A DNA stretch of 63,744 nucleotides, the filler included, from Eubacteriales bacterium (GTDB taxonomy: Bacteria; Bacillota; Clostridia; Oscillospirales; CAG-382): the NCBI GenBank assembly GCA_045636665.1. It is 4 parts of 4 records of this genome, joined end to end, with 100 filler letters (N's around TTAATTAATTAA, not from the genome) between each part and the next. Parts side by side here need not be neighbours in the genome. Positions count along the whole stretch, not along the records: positions 1 to 30,966 come from JAZTXY010000115.1; 3 more parts are not named here. One strand, given 5' to 3'. A program made the position numbers and the translations under genes. Numbering within the stretch: position 1 is the first letter of the stretch; every line of letters starts with the position of its first letter. The notes beneath the pieces are model-generated. The model ran no database searches, was not told where the DNA came from, and worked only from the letters and a program-made list of their open reading frames with translations. This document shows positions 9,804-18,316 of the stretch, piece by piece.

Positions 9804-11290
9804 AACTTATCATCGATAACCGCACCCCGTATCTTAACGACTATTATTTCCAAACGCTTTGTCTTCTTTATTTCCCCGGCGAAAAGTTTAAGGATGGCTT
9901 TGAAAGCGAAAATTACGCGCGTTTTTACCTTGAAGAAACCGAAAAGAATTGCTTTACCGCCCGTGTAACGCTGGGTAGCGGCAATCTTTCCGCCGAAGGA
10001 AGCTTTTCGGGCGCATACACTCCGTCGATTCCTATGAATGACGATTTTTATGCGATGAACGCGCTCGGAAAGGCGTTCCTTGAAGCAGGCGAAAAGCTTT
10101 TCGGCTTCGGCTTGCCTTGGGGCTATATTACGGGCTTGCGCCCCGTAAAGCGCGCAAAATATTATCTCGACCGCGGCTATACCGCCGAGCAGGTAATAAC
10201 CCTTTTCAACCGCGATTACGAGGTGTCGACCGAAAAATCGACTCTTTCGGTCGAAACGGCGCTTCTTCAGCAAAAAATGCTTGCGGATATCAAGCCCAAC
10301 GACTGCGGACTTTACGTTTCTATCCCGTTTTGTCCCACAAGGTGCGATTATTGCTCGTTTGTGTCCTACAGCAACGCGCGTCTTTTCTCGTTGATACCCG
10401 ACTATCTCGAAAAGCTGATGCGCGATATACGCGAAACGGGCGAGATGATAAAAAAATTGGGTATGCGTGTGCGCTCGGTATATATCGGCGGCGGTACACC
10501 CTCGATTCTTGATGAATTTCAAATCAACCGTCTTTTATCCACCATCAACCAAAGTGTGGATATTAATGCAAATACCGAATATACTTTTGAAGCAGGCAGA
10601 CCCGATACTGTAACCTATGAAAAGCTTAAAGCCGTAAAGGATAACGGCGTTAAAAGAATAAGCATAAATCCCCAAACGACAAGCGATTTCGTTTTGGAGC
10701 AGATAGGAAGAAAGCATTCGTCGAAGCAATTCTTCACTGCGGCAGAAATAGCAATGAATATCGGCTTTGACACGGTAAATGCCGACCTTATCGCAGGCTT
10801 GCCGGGCGATACCGAGGAAAGCTTTAAAAAGAGTGTTGACGACGTTATTGATCTCGGGTTCCAAAATATTACGGTACATACTCTTTCCATCAAAAACGCG
10901 GCGACGATTCGTTTCGTCGGCGACGGATTTTACGATCCGCAGGGCGATTTTGCGAGAAGCTCGGTTGAATATGCGCGTGCGCGCTTGAAATCGTTCGGTT
11001 ATGCGCCTTATTATCTTTACCGTCAAAAAAACACCGTCGGCAACGCCGAAAACACGGGATATACCTTGCCCGGTAAGGAAAACCTTTATAACGTGCTGAT
11101 GATGGAGGAGCATTCGACGGTATTTGCTTGCGGCGCAGGCTCGATAACCAAGCTTGTAAGCGAAGACCGCAACGATATTTTAAGACACGCCTTCCCGAAA
11201 TATCCTTATGAATACTTAAGCATGGAAAAAAGCTTGGGATACGAGGAGGCAGAGGCATTCTTTGCTCAACACCGAAAGGATGAAATTTAA
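9800..11290 (+). CDS. hemZ: Radical SAM protein HemZ (coproporphyrinogen dehydrogenase-like)
   Basis: CPTRCDYC, GGGTPS, EAGRPD, PYYLYRQKN; rel-dtd-hemZ synteny. Confidence 0.9.
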   Translation: MKLIIDNRTPYLNDYYFQTLCLLYFPGEKFKDGFESENYARFYLEETEKNCFTARVTLGSGNLSAEGSFSGAYTPSIPMNDDFYAMNALGKAFLEAGEKLFGFGLPWGYITGLRPVKRAKYYLDRGYTAEQVITLFNRDYEVSTEKSTLSVETALLQQKMLADIKPNDCGLYVSIPFCPTRCDYCSFVSYSNARLFSLIPDYLEKLMRDIRETGEMIKKLGMRVRSVYIGGGTPSILDEFQINRLLSTINQSVDINANTEYTFEAGRPDTVTYEKLKAVKDNGVKRISINPQTTSDFVLEQIGRKHSSKQFFTAAEIAMNIGFDTVNADLIAGLPGDTEESFKKSVDDVIDLGFQNITVHTLSIKNAATIRFVGDGFYDPQGDFARSSVEYARARLKSFGYAPYYLYRQKNTVGNAENTGYTLPGKENLYNVLMMEEHSTVFACGAGSITKLVSEDRNDILRHAFPKYPYEYLSMEKSLGYEEAEAFFAQHRKDEI

Positions 11291-12142
11291 TTGAATCAAG
11301 AACTTATTAAGAAAATCCGCGAAGACGAGCATAATTACGAAACAACGCTTATCAACACGGCAAAGCGTATCGTTGACGACGAACGCATAAAGCTCGTGCT
11401 TATAACGGGCGGCTCTTGCGCAGGCAAGACAACTACAACGCGCAAGCTGTCGGAGCTTATCAACGCATCGGACAGAAGGGCGCATACCGTTTCGCTCGAC
11501 GATTATTACCGCAACCTTGACGAAAGCGTTTATCTTCCCGACGGCACGCGTGATATCGAATCAATAAACAGCTTGCGCGCCGATTTGATACGTCAAACCT
11601 TCAAGGATTTGCTTGAAGGCAACGAAGCGGCGATTCCGTTTTTTGACTTCAAAACCAAAAAGAGAATAGACGATTACCGCCGTATCAAGCTCATCAAGGG
11701 CGATTTGGTGATAATCGAGGGCTTGCACGCTTTGAATTTGGAGCTTTTTGAAAAGGCTCCCGAAAGTAACGAAATTTTCCGCATTTATCTTTATGCGGAT
11801 GCAAACGACGGAAGCGATTGCCGTTTCGTTCGCCGAATGGTGCGTGATTCGCGCCACCGTGACGCAAGCGCCGAGCACACCTATACGCTTTGGGATAACG
11901 TGAAATTGAACGAGGTCGAGGCAATCGAGCCCTTCCGCAAATATGCCGACGTCGCAATAAACACCTTTTTCCCGTATGAAAGAAGCATCCTTAACGATGA
12001 TGCGATTGCGCTTTTAAGCACTGTTAAGAGCGACAGTGCCCATTACGAAAACGCGCAGGGACTTATTAAGGTGCTTGAACCGTTCCAACAGATTTCGGAC
12101 GAATATATCCCCGAAAATTCGCTTTTAAGAGAGTTTATTTAA
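11291..12142 (+). CDS. Nucleoside/uridine kinase-like P-loop protein
   Basis: GGSCAGKTT, SLDDYY, IIEGLHAL, RRMVRD. Confidence 0.8.
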   Translation: MNQELIKKIREDEHNYETTLINTAKRIVDDERIKLVLITGGSCAGKTTTTRKLSELINASDRRAHTVSLDDYYRNLDESVYLPDGTRDIESINSLRADLIRQTFKDLLEGNEAAIPFFDFKTKKRIDDYRRIKLIKGDLVIIEGLHALNLELFEKAPESNEIFRIYLYADANDGSDCRFVRRMVRDSRHRDASAEHTYTLWDNVKLNEVEAIEPFRKYADVAINTFFPYERSILNDDAIALLSTVKSDSAHYENAQGLIKVLEPFQQISDEYIPENSLLREFI

Positions 12143-12146
12143 AACA

Positions 12147-13868
12147 ATGAACGAAGAAGTTAAAAACACTTCCGCCCAAAAGGGCAGAAGCTTTCTTCGC
12201 GAGGCGGTAATTCTGACTATTGCCAGCTTTGCGGTAAAAATAATCGGAGTGGTTTATAAAATACCGCTCACCAACATAATGGGCGAAAGCATCGGCGTTT
12301 TCAATGCCGCCTATTCGATTTATGCAATGCTGTTTATGCTGTCTACCAGCGGACTTCCCGTTGCGGTAAGCAAATTGGTTGCCGCAAGTAACGAAAAGGG
12401 CAGAGGTCTTGAAGCGAAGCGTATTGCAAAGCTTGCCATAATCGTCTTTGGCGTTATCGGCTTCGTTTTCGCGGCGGCGCTGATTATTTTCGCGCCGAAT
12501 ATAGCAAAATGGACCGGACATTCAGACAGCGTTTTCGCAATGCAAATGATTGCGCCCGCGTTGTTTTTCATCTGCGTGTGCGCGGCGGTACGCGGTTATT
12601 TTCAGGGGCTGCGAAATATGTACCCGACCGCGATATCGCAGTTTATCGAGGCATTTTTCAAGCTGACCGCAGGTCTTGGCGCGGTTATTTATGCAAACCA
12701 TTGCGGCGCAAGCATACCCGTTCAGGCGGCGTGTGCAATATGCGGCGTAACAGTCGGCACGTTCTTCGCAATGGTGTTTATACTCGTTTACCGCAGGTTT
12801 ACCAAAAAATGCAAGCCCAACACAAGCGATTCAACGGTTGACAGCGATAAAAAGCTGATGAAGCTTATCGTGCTTGTTGCGCTTCCCGTAACGCTTACCG
12901 CGGCGGCGCTTTACTTTTCGCAGTTTTTGGATACCATTATCATCGTTAATTGCCTTGTCGATTCGGGCGAAAGCGAAGCGGTTGCAAAAACGCTTTATTC
13001 GGCATATACAGGTCTTTCGGTCCCGATTTACGACCTTCTCCCCGCAACACTTGTTTTCCCGATAGCCACAAGCATCCTACCTGCAATTTCGGGTGCGCTC
13101 GCGGTTAAAAAGACTGCTGCTGCCGCAAATCTTACAAAGCAGGCTATACGCGTTTCGGGCATAATCGCCGTACCCTGCGGTGTTTTTCTGCTCGTTACGG
13201 GCAGACATTGCATTTCGCTTCTTTACGGCGCGAATAAGTGGTCTGCGCCCTTGGCGATGTCAAACGGAAGCGTTATAACGGCACTCGACGCGGCTTCGAT
13301 GTCGCTTTGCGTGCTTGCGTTTGCGGTGTTCTTTATTTCAATCGTTTCAACAACAAATTCACTTCTCAATGCCTACGGCAAGCCCCATCTTCCTTTCTTC
13401 GCAGTGCTTATCGGTATCGGTGTGCTTACGGGTGTTGAATTCTTACTGCTTTACAGTCCGCTCGGCATCTATGCCGCGCCCGTATCCTCGCTCGTATGCT
13501 ATTGCATCGTAATGCTTATCGATATCTTCTTCCTGCGTAAAAAGTGCGGTGTCGAGCTTAAAACGGCTTCGATGTTTGCGCGTCCTTTGCTTTGCGGTGC
13601 CATTTCCGCCGCATTTACATACGGCGCGTATATCGGCGCGAAGGCGCTTTGGAGCGTAATCGACGGCGGAAGCAACGAAACGAGAATGGCGTCGCTCGTA
13701 ATACTTCTTATTTCGGGCATCGCGCTTGTTGTTTCTTATCTTGGTTCGGTGCTTGTATTGCGCGCCATAAACGAGGATGAGGTAAGATTATTGCCGTTTG
13801 GCAACAGAATCGCAAACAAGCTTATCGCATTGGGCTGGTTAAAGAAATCGGCAGTTACAGAGGGATAA
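12147..13868 (+). CDS. MOP-family flippase (YabM/SpoVB/MurJ-like polysaccharide biosynthesis protein)
   Basis: Many TM segments; KIIGVVYKIPL, GLPVAVSKLVA, RGYFQG; yabM position before mazG. Confidence 0.88.
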   Translation: MNEEVKNTSAQKGRSFLREAVILTIASFAVKIIGVVYKIPLTNIMGESIGVFNAAYSIYAMLFMLSTSGLPVAVSKLVAASNEKGRGLEAKRIAKLAIIVFGVIGFVFAAALIIFAPNIAKWTGHSDSVFAMQMIAPALFFICVCAAVRGYFQGLRNMYPTAISQFIEAFFKLTAGLGAVIYANHCGASIPVQAACAICGVTVGTFFAMVFILVYRRFTKKCKPNTSDSTVDSDKKLMKLIVLVALPVTLTAAALYFSQFLDTIIIVNCLVDSGESEAVAKTLYSAYTGLSVPIYDLLPATLVFPIATSILPAISGALAVKKTAAAANLTKQAIRVSGIIAVPCGVFLLVTGRHCISLLYGANKWSAPLAMSNGSVITALDAASMSLCVLAFAVFFISIVSTTNSLLNAYGKPHLPFFAVLIGIGVLTGVEFLLLYSPLGIYAAPVSSLVCYCIVMLIDIFFLRKKCGVELKTASMFARPLLCGAISAAFTYGAYIGAKALWSVIDGGSNETRMASLVILLISGIALVVSYLGSVLVLRAINEDEVRLLPFGNRIANKLIALGWLKKSAVTEG

Positions 13869-13871
13869 AAA

Positions 13872-14672
13872 ATGTCAAAAGAAACCTTGCTTCAAAAACA
13901 AAACTATAATTTCGATGACCTTGTCGAAATAATGCAAATCTTACGCGCGCCCGGCGGCTGTCCTTGGGATGCCGAGCAAACTCATTCGACCATCCGCCGC
14001 GACCTTTTGGAGGAAACCTACGAGCTTATCGAGGGTATCGATAAAAACGACCCCGAAATAATGCGCGAGGAGCTTGGCGACGTTTTGCTTCAAGTCGTTT
14101 TCCATTCGGATATCGCAAAATCGAACGGCAATTTTTCGATTGACGACGTTTGCACCGATATCTGCAAAAAGCTTATAGTCCGCCACCCCCACGTTTTCGG
14201 TGACGTCGTTGTAAGCGGAAGCGAAAACGTACTCGCAAATTGGGATAAAATCAAACGCGAAACAAAGGAGCAAAAAAGCGATACCGAGGTTTTGCGCTCG
14301 ATAACACCTTCGTTGCCCGCGCTTATGCGCGCCGAAAAATTGGGCAAAAAAGCGCGTAAAATGGGATTTGATTTCGACGATGCAAGCGAAGCTCTTGAAA
14401 AGGTTTACGAGGAAGTCGACGAGGTAAAGGAAGCCCTTTCGGGAAAAGACCAAGCGCAAATCGAGGAGGAGTTCGGCGATCTTTTGCTTTCGATCGTCAA
14501 TGCCGCAAGATTGGCAGGTGTCGATTCCGAGCAAGCGCTTTACAACGCAAACGAAAAGTTCTTAAAACGTTTTGAAAAGGTCGAGTCGCTTTGTCTTGCT
14601 TCGGGAAAGACCGTTACCGAAGCCTCACGCGAGGAAAAGGAACGGTTTTGGCAGGAAGCAAAGAAAAATTGA
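13872..14672 (+). CDS. mazG: Nucleoside triphosphate pyrophosphohydrolase MazG
   Basis: GCPWDxEQTH, EELGDVLLQ, RHPHVFG, second EEFGDLL. Confidence 0.95.
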   Translation: MSKETLLQKQNYNFDDLVEIMQILRAPGGCPWDAEQTHSTIRRDLLEETYELIEGIDKNDPEIMREELGDVLLQVVFHSDIAKSNGNFSIDDVCTDICKKLIVRHPHVFGDVVVSGSENVLANWDKIKRETKEQKSDTEVLRSITPSLPALMRAEKLGKKARKMGFDFDDASEALEKVYEEVDEVKEALSGKDQAQIEEEFGDLLLSIVNAARLAGVDSEQALYNANEKFLKRFEKVESLCLASGKTVTEASREEKERFWQEAKKN

Positions 14673-14724
14673 CAAAAAATCGTCACATAAGAGCGTAATT
14701 TGGCGAAAAAAGTGCAAAAAACCC

Positions 14725-14753
14725 TTGCGAATAGGGAAAAATGATGATATAAT
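14725..14753 (+). promoter_or_regulatory. SigA promoter of hup
   Basis: TTGCGA-17 nt-TATAAT with extended -10 TG. Confidence 0.7.
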
Positions 14754-14792
14754 AGGCGCATATAATATATATTTGAAAGGAAATTATTAATT

Positions 14793-15068
14793 ATGAACAA
14801 GTCCACACTCGTAGAATTTGTAGCAACTAACGCTAACCTTAAAAAGAAGGATGCTGAAGCAGCAGTAAACGCAGTATTCAAGGCAATCGAATCCGAACTC
14901 GCAACCGGCGGCAAGGTTCAAATCGCAGGCTTCGGTTCTTTCAAGGTTAAGGAAAGAGCTGCAAGAGTTGGCCGTAACCCCCACACTCAAGATGAAATCA
15001 GCATCCCCGCTTCCAAGGCACCCGTATTCGTTGCTGGTAAAGATCTTAAGAGCGTAGTTAATAAATAA
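14793..15068 (+). CDS. hup: HU DNA-binding protein
   Basis: GFGSF, R.GRNPHT, PVFVAGK. Confidence 0.97.
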   Translation: MNKSTLVEFVATNANLKKKDAEAAVNAVFKAIESELATGGKVQIAGFGSFKVKERAARVGRNPHTQDEISIPASKAPVFVAGKDLKSVVNK

Positions 15069-15084
15069 ATTGTATAAAGACAAC

Positions 15085-15110
15085 AAGGCAGGGATATTCC
15101 CTGCCTTATT
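15085..15110 (+). terminator. Hairpin after hup (weak terminator or processing site)
   Basis: AAGGCAGGGA-TAT-TCCCTGCCTT with only a short U-tail. Confidence 0.55.
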
Positions 15111-15128
15111 GGTCTTTTGGTTTGTTAT

Positions 15129-15371
15129 ATGAGATTAGATAAATATCTTAAAGTATCGCGCATAATCAAGCGCCGCACCGTTGCAAACGAGGCGTGCGGC
15201 GAAAACCTCGTTTCGGTAAACGGAAAGGCAGTAAAGCCGTCCTATGACGTTAAGATAGGCGATATTATCGAGGTCAGATACGGCAGCCGCGCAACAAAGT
15301 TCCGCGTTGTTGCCATTTCCGAAACAACAAAAAAAGCAGAAGCCTCGGAAATGTACGAGGTTTTGGAATAA
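15129..15371 (+). CDS. yabO: S4-domain RNA-binding protein YabO/RqcP (Hsp15-like)
   Basis: MRLDKYLKVSRIIKRRTVANEAC. Confidence 0.92.
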   Translation: MRLDKYLKVSRIIKRRTVANEACGENLVSVNGKAVKPSYDVKIGDIIEVRYGSRATKFRVVAISETTKKAEASEMYEVLE

Positions 15372-15413
15372 TTCATCGTTGACCGTCATACTCTTTAAAC
15401 GGAGGGACGGAAA

Positions 15414-15677
15414 ATGAACCAAAAAAAGCACACCCTTACACTCGATTCAAGAAACATTTTAAACGTTACGGCAGTTGATGATGTGATAAGCTTTGATGAA
15501 ACGCTTGTCAGTCTGTCGGTCGGTGAAAATTTGCTTAACATAAGCGGCGAAGACCTGACAATCAAAAACCTTTCGCTCGAAAACGGCGATATTTCGGTTA
15601 ACGGAAATATTCAGGCAATCGTTTATTTCGACGATGCGCCCAAGAAAAAACGCTTTTCGTTCGGGAAAAACAGGTGA
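15414..15677 (+). CDS. yabP: Sporulation protein YabP
   Basis: H.L.L..R..L.V.AV.DV.SFDE pattern; synteny. Confidence 0.88.
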   Translation: MNQKKHTLTLDSRNILNVTAVDDVISFDETLVSLSVGENLLNISGEDLTIKNLSLENGDISVNGNIQAIVYFDDAPKKKRFSFGKNR

Positions 15678-16108
15678 ACAACGAACAACTTCTTCATATG
15701 GCGCTTGCCGTGTGGGCGTTTGCGCTCGGTGCGTTTCTTTGCGCCGTGTACGACGTTTTCCGTCTGTTTCGTCTGAAGCGAAAACAAAACGCGATTATAC
15801 TTTTCTTTTTTGATTTTGTCTTTTGCGTTTTTTCGACGGTCTGCTTGCTTATACTTTTTTTCAATCTGTCTTACGGCAGAGTGCGGTTTTACGCGCTTGC
15901 TCTTGCCGTCATCGGTTTTTTGGTATGGCGATTTACGGTAAGCCGTTTGGTGATGACGCTGATTTTGAAATTAATCGGACGGATAGAAAAATTATTAACC
16001 TCGATAAAAATTCGCGTAAGTGTTAGATTAAAATACCTTGCGCGACGGATATATACAAAAAGGTACTGCAAAAACGCGGTACGTCATCCGAAAGGACTGT
16101 TAAAATGA
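15674..16108 (+). CDS. yabQ: Spore cortex biosynthesis protein YabQ
   Basis: Hydrophobic; YDVFR and G.VRFY; lies between yabP and divIC. Confidence 0.82.
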   Translation: MNNEQLLHMALAVWAFALGAFLCAVYDVFRLFRLKRKQNAIILFFFDFVFCVFSTVCLLILFFNLSYGRVRFYALALAVIGFLVWRFTVSRLVMTLILKLIGRIEKLLTSIKIRVSVRLKYLARRIYTKRYCKNAVRHPKGLLK

Positions 16109-16392
16109 CAAATAAGAAGCCGGTACGTGCTAATTTAATCATCCGCGCCGCGTTCGTATTTATATTCATATTCCTTTTTGTTTCGGTCATCAATCTTCAA
16201 GTCACGATGAACGACCTTCGTGCCGAACGAGATGCTTTGGTCGAAAAGATGGAGCAAAAGCAGGACGAAATTGATGAGCTTGAGCTTCGTATCAACACTC
16301 CTGTTGACGAAGAATTCATCGAACGTATTGCAAGAGAACGCGGTTTCAGAAAACCCAACGAAATAATCTTCAAATACGATATCGGTGAATAG
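16105..16392 (+). CDS. divIC: Septum formation initiator (DivIC/FtsB)
   Basis: TM, coiled coil, IERIARE.G..KPNEII. Confidence 0.85.
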   Translation: MTNKKPVRANLIIRAAFVFIFIFLFVSVINLQVTMNDLRAERDALVEKMEQKQDEIDELELRINTPVDEEFIERIARERGFRKPNEIIFKYDIGE

Positions 16393-16403
16393 GAGTTTTT
16401 TAT

Positions 16404-16736
16404 ATGGAATACAAAGTCGGTCAATCTGTTTCGGGAACCGTTAGCGGCATTACCGACTACGGCGCATTTGTTCAATTGGAGGACGGAAGCGTCGGTATGA
16501 TTCATATTTCAAAGCTTTCAAACTCATTCGTAAGCGATATTCGCGCGTTTATCAAAAAAGGTGAAGCGGTTAACGCGACTGTCATTTCAAACGAAAACGG
16601 CAAAATCGCGCTTTCGCTTATCGAAAACCTGCGTGAAAAGAAAAAGCCCGATTTTGAATCGATGCTTTCATCCTTTAAATCGGTAAGCGATGAAAAGCTT
16701 TCAACGCTTAACCGCGACAAAAAACGAAGAAAATAA
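16404..16736 (+). CDS. S1 RNA-binding domain protein (YabR-like)
   Basis: G.VSGITDYGAFV, GMIHISKLS. Confidence 0.9.
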   Translation: MEYKVGQSVSGTVSGITDYGAFVQLEDGSVGMIHISKLSNSFVSDIRAFIKKGEAVNATVISNENGKIALSLIENLREKKKPDFESMLSSFKSVSDEKLSTLNRDKKRRK

Positions 16737-16743
16737 GCATTTA

Positions 16744-16779
16744 AAGAAGACCGCGAAAAGCGTCTTCTTTTTCTTTTTT
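16744..16779 (+). terminator. Rho-independent terminator
   Basis: AAAGAAGAC...GTCTTCTTT stem followed by a T-tract. Confidence 0.75.
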
Positions 16780-16840
16780 GTGCAATCTGTTATAAAATTG
16801 TAAACATTCAACAAAATTAATCTGCTATGATAAAAATTAC

Positions 16841-16869
16841 TTGACAGTTACGCGTATGTATGTTAAAAT
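16841..16869 (+). promoter_or_regulatory. SigA promoter of hpf
   Basis: TTGACA-17 nt-TAAAAT with extended -10. Confidence 0.75.
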
Positions 16870-16919
16870 TTAGACAGACAGATAAACTGTCTTATATATA
16901 TTGAATAGGAGATGGCGTT

Positions 16920-17441
16920 ATGAAGACCAGAATCATCACAAAGAAGTTCACCCTTACCGATGACGTACGCGATTGGATTGAGAAGAAGCTTTCTAAGCTT
17001 GATAAATTCTTCTCGCCCGAAACCGAGGCAACTGTCGCCTTAAGCAGTACGAAGATCGGCGAAAGGATCGAGCTTACCATCTACCGTAACGGCTCGATAT
17101 TCCGTTCCGAAATTTCGGACAAGGACTATAAATGCGCCCTTGATACCGCAATGGAAAATATCGAGCGTCAGATAAGAAAAAACCGCACCCGTTTGGAAAA
17201 GAAAGTTCACGTCAAGAAGGAATATTTTGCCGAAGCAGACCTTGTTGAAGCCGAAGAGGAAATTGCGGTTGCCAAGGTAAAACGCTTTGAAATGCACGCT
17301 ATGACGGTTGAAGAAGCGATTTTGCAAATGAACCTTTTGCAGCATAACTTTTATATGTTCCTTAATTCCGATACAGGACGGTACAACGTCGTTTACAAAC
17401 GTGACGATAACCAATACGGCGTTATCGAACCGATTGAATAA
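16920..17441 (+). CDS. hpf: Ribosome hibernation promoting factor (long HPF/RaiA)
   Basis: KKLSKLDKFF, ERQIRKNRT, EEAILQM.LL.H.F, VVYKRDD..YG. Confidence 0.93.
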   Translation: MKTRIITKKFTLTDDVRDWIEKKLSKLDKFFSPETEATVALSSTKIGERIELTIYRNGSIFRSEISDKDYKCALDTAMENIERQIRKNRTRLEKKVHVKKEYFAEADLVEAEEEIAVAKVKRFEMHAMTVEEAILQMNLLQHNFYMFLNSDTGRYNVVYKRDDNQYGVIEPIE

Positions 17442-17450
17442 TTCAAATAA

Positions 17451-17485
17451 AAATACCGCAGACTCTTATGAGTCTGCGGTATTTT
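17451..17485. terminator. Bidirectional terminator between convergent genes
   Basis: AAATACCGCAGACTC-TTAT-GAGTCTGCGGTATTT. Confidence 0.85.
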
Positions 17486-17490
17486 ATATA

Positions 17491-18192
17491 TTACTCGTTA
17501 GGGCCGCTTACCTCGTAAATATAGTCCTTATAGGAATCGGGGAAATCCGCCTTTTCCATTTCCTCGGGAAGGTGAAGCGTAAGCTCGATATCCGATTTGC
17601 CGACATCGTTAACAACGTTGCAAATCATTTCTTCATCGTCATAAATTACGTCGATGCCGTTGATATAGTTTTCAACAAGTAAAACGGGGATAAGATAATC
17701 GCCGTTTTCATAAAGCACGGGCGCCGAAATACGCACGGGGTTATCATTGATAACGACAAGCGACGAGTTTTTCGTGCATTGGATTCGGTTGTCACTGCCG
17801 ATTATAAACATAGTAACATCATCGCCATCGCCCGCAAGTCCGATGTTTGCGATGCTCGAAAGCGATTCAAAGGGGATGTAAAGACCGTATTCGTTATTGA
17901 CGGCGCTTGCGCTCGCCTTGAAAACGACGGTTTCGTCATAAATCACGTTAAGAGAATAAATTTCGGTGTTTTTTGCGGTGGAATTGAAGGAATAATAAAT
18001 CGAACCGGCAATAAAAAGACTAATCGCCAAATAAAACGCCAAGAATACAATAAAGACAGCCAAAAACGCGGTGAAAGAAAAAGTGCTTCTTCTGCGCTTT
18101 TTTGCAGCTTTTTTCACGATTTTTTTGTTGCCGCTTTGCGGTTTTGCAGGTCGTTGCTCGGGTTGATTTTCGTATCCGTAATCGCCGTTCAT
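17491..18192 (-). CDS. Membrane-anchored protein with copper-amine-oxidase-like stalk domain
   Basis: Basic N-terminus, one TM, YIPF and LIPV stalk-type motifs; RBS GGAAAGGGGG before ATG 18192. Confidence 0.6.
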   Translation of the reverse strand: MNGDYGYENQPEQRPAKPQSGNKKIVKKAAKKRRRSTFSFTAFLAVFIVFLAFYLAISLFIAGSIYYSFNSTAKNTEIYSLNVIYDETVVFKASASAVNNEYGLYIPFESLSSIANIGLAGDGDDVTMFIIGSDNRIQCTKNSSLVVINDNPVRISAPVLYENGDYLIPVLLVENYINGIDVIYDDEEMICNVVNDVGKSDIELTLHLPEEMEKADFPDSYKDYIYEVSGPNE

Positions 18193-18316
18193 GCCGTTTA
18201 CCCCCTTTCCGATTACAGTATAGCACAAGCAAACCGAAAATGGAAGAGGGAAGCATAACCTTTTTATGTTTTTTTACATATTATAAGATAACGATATTTT
18301 GGAGGATATATTTTCA

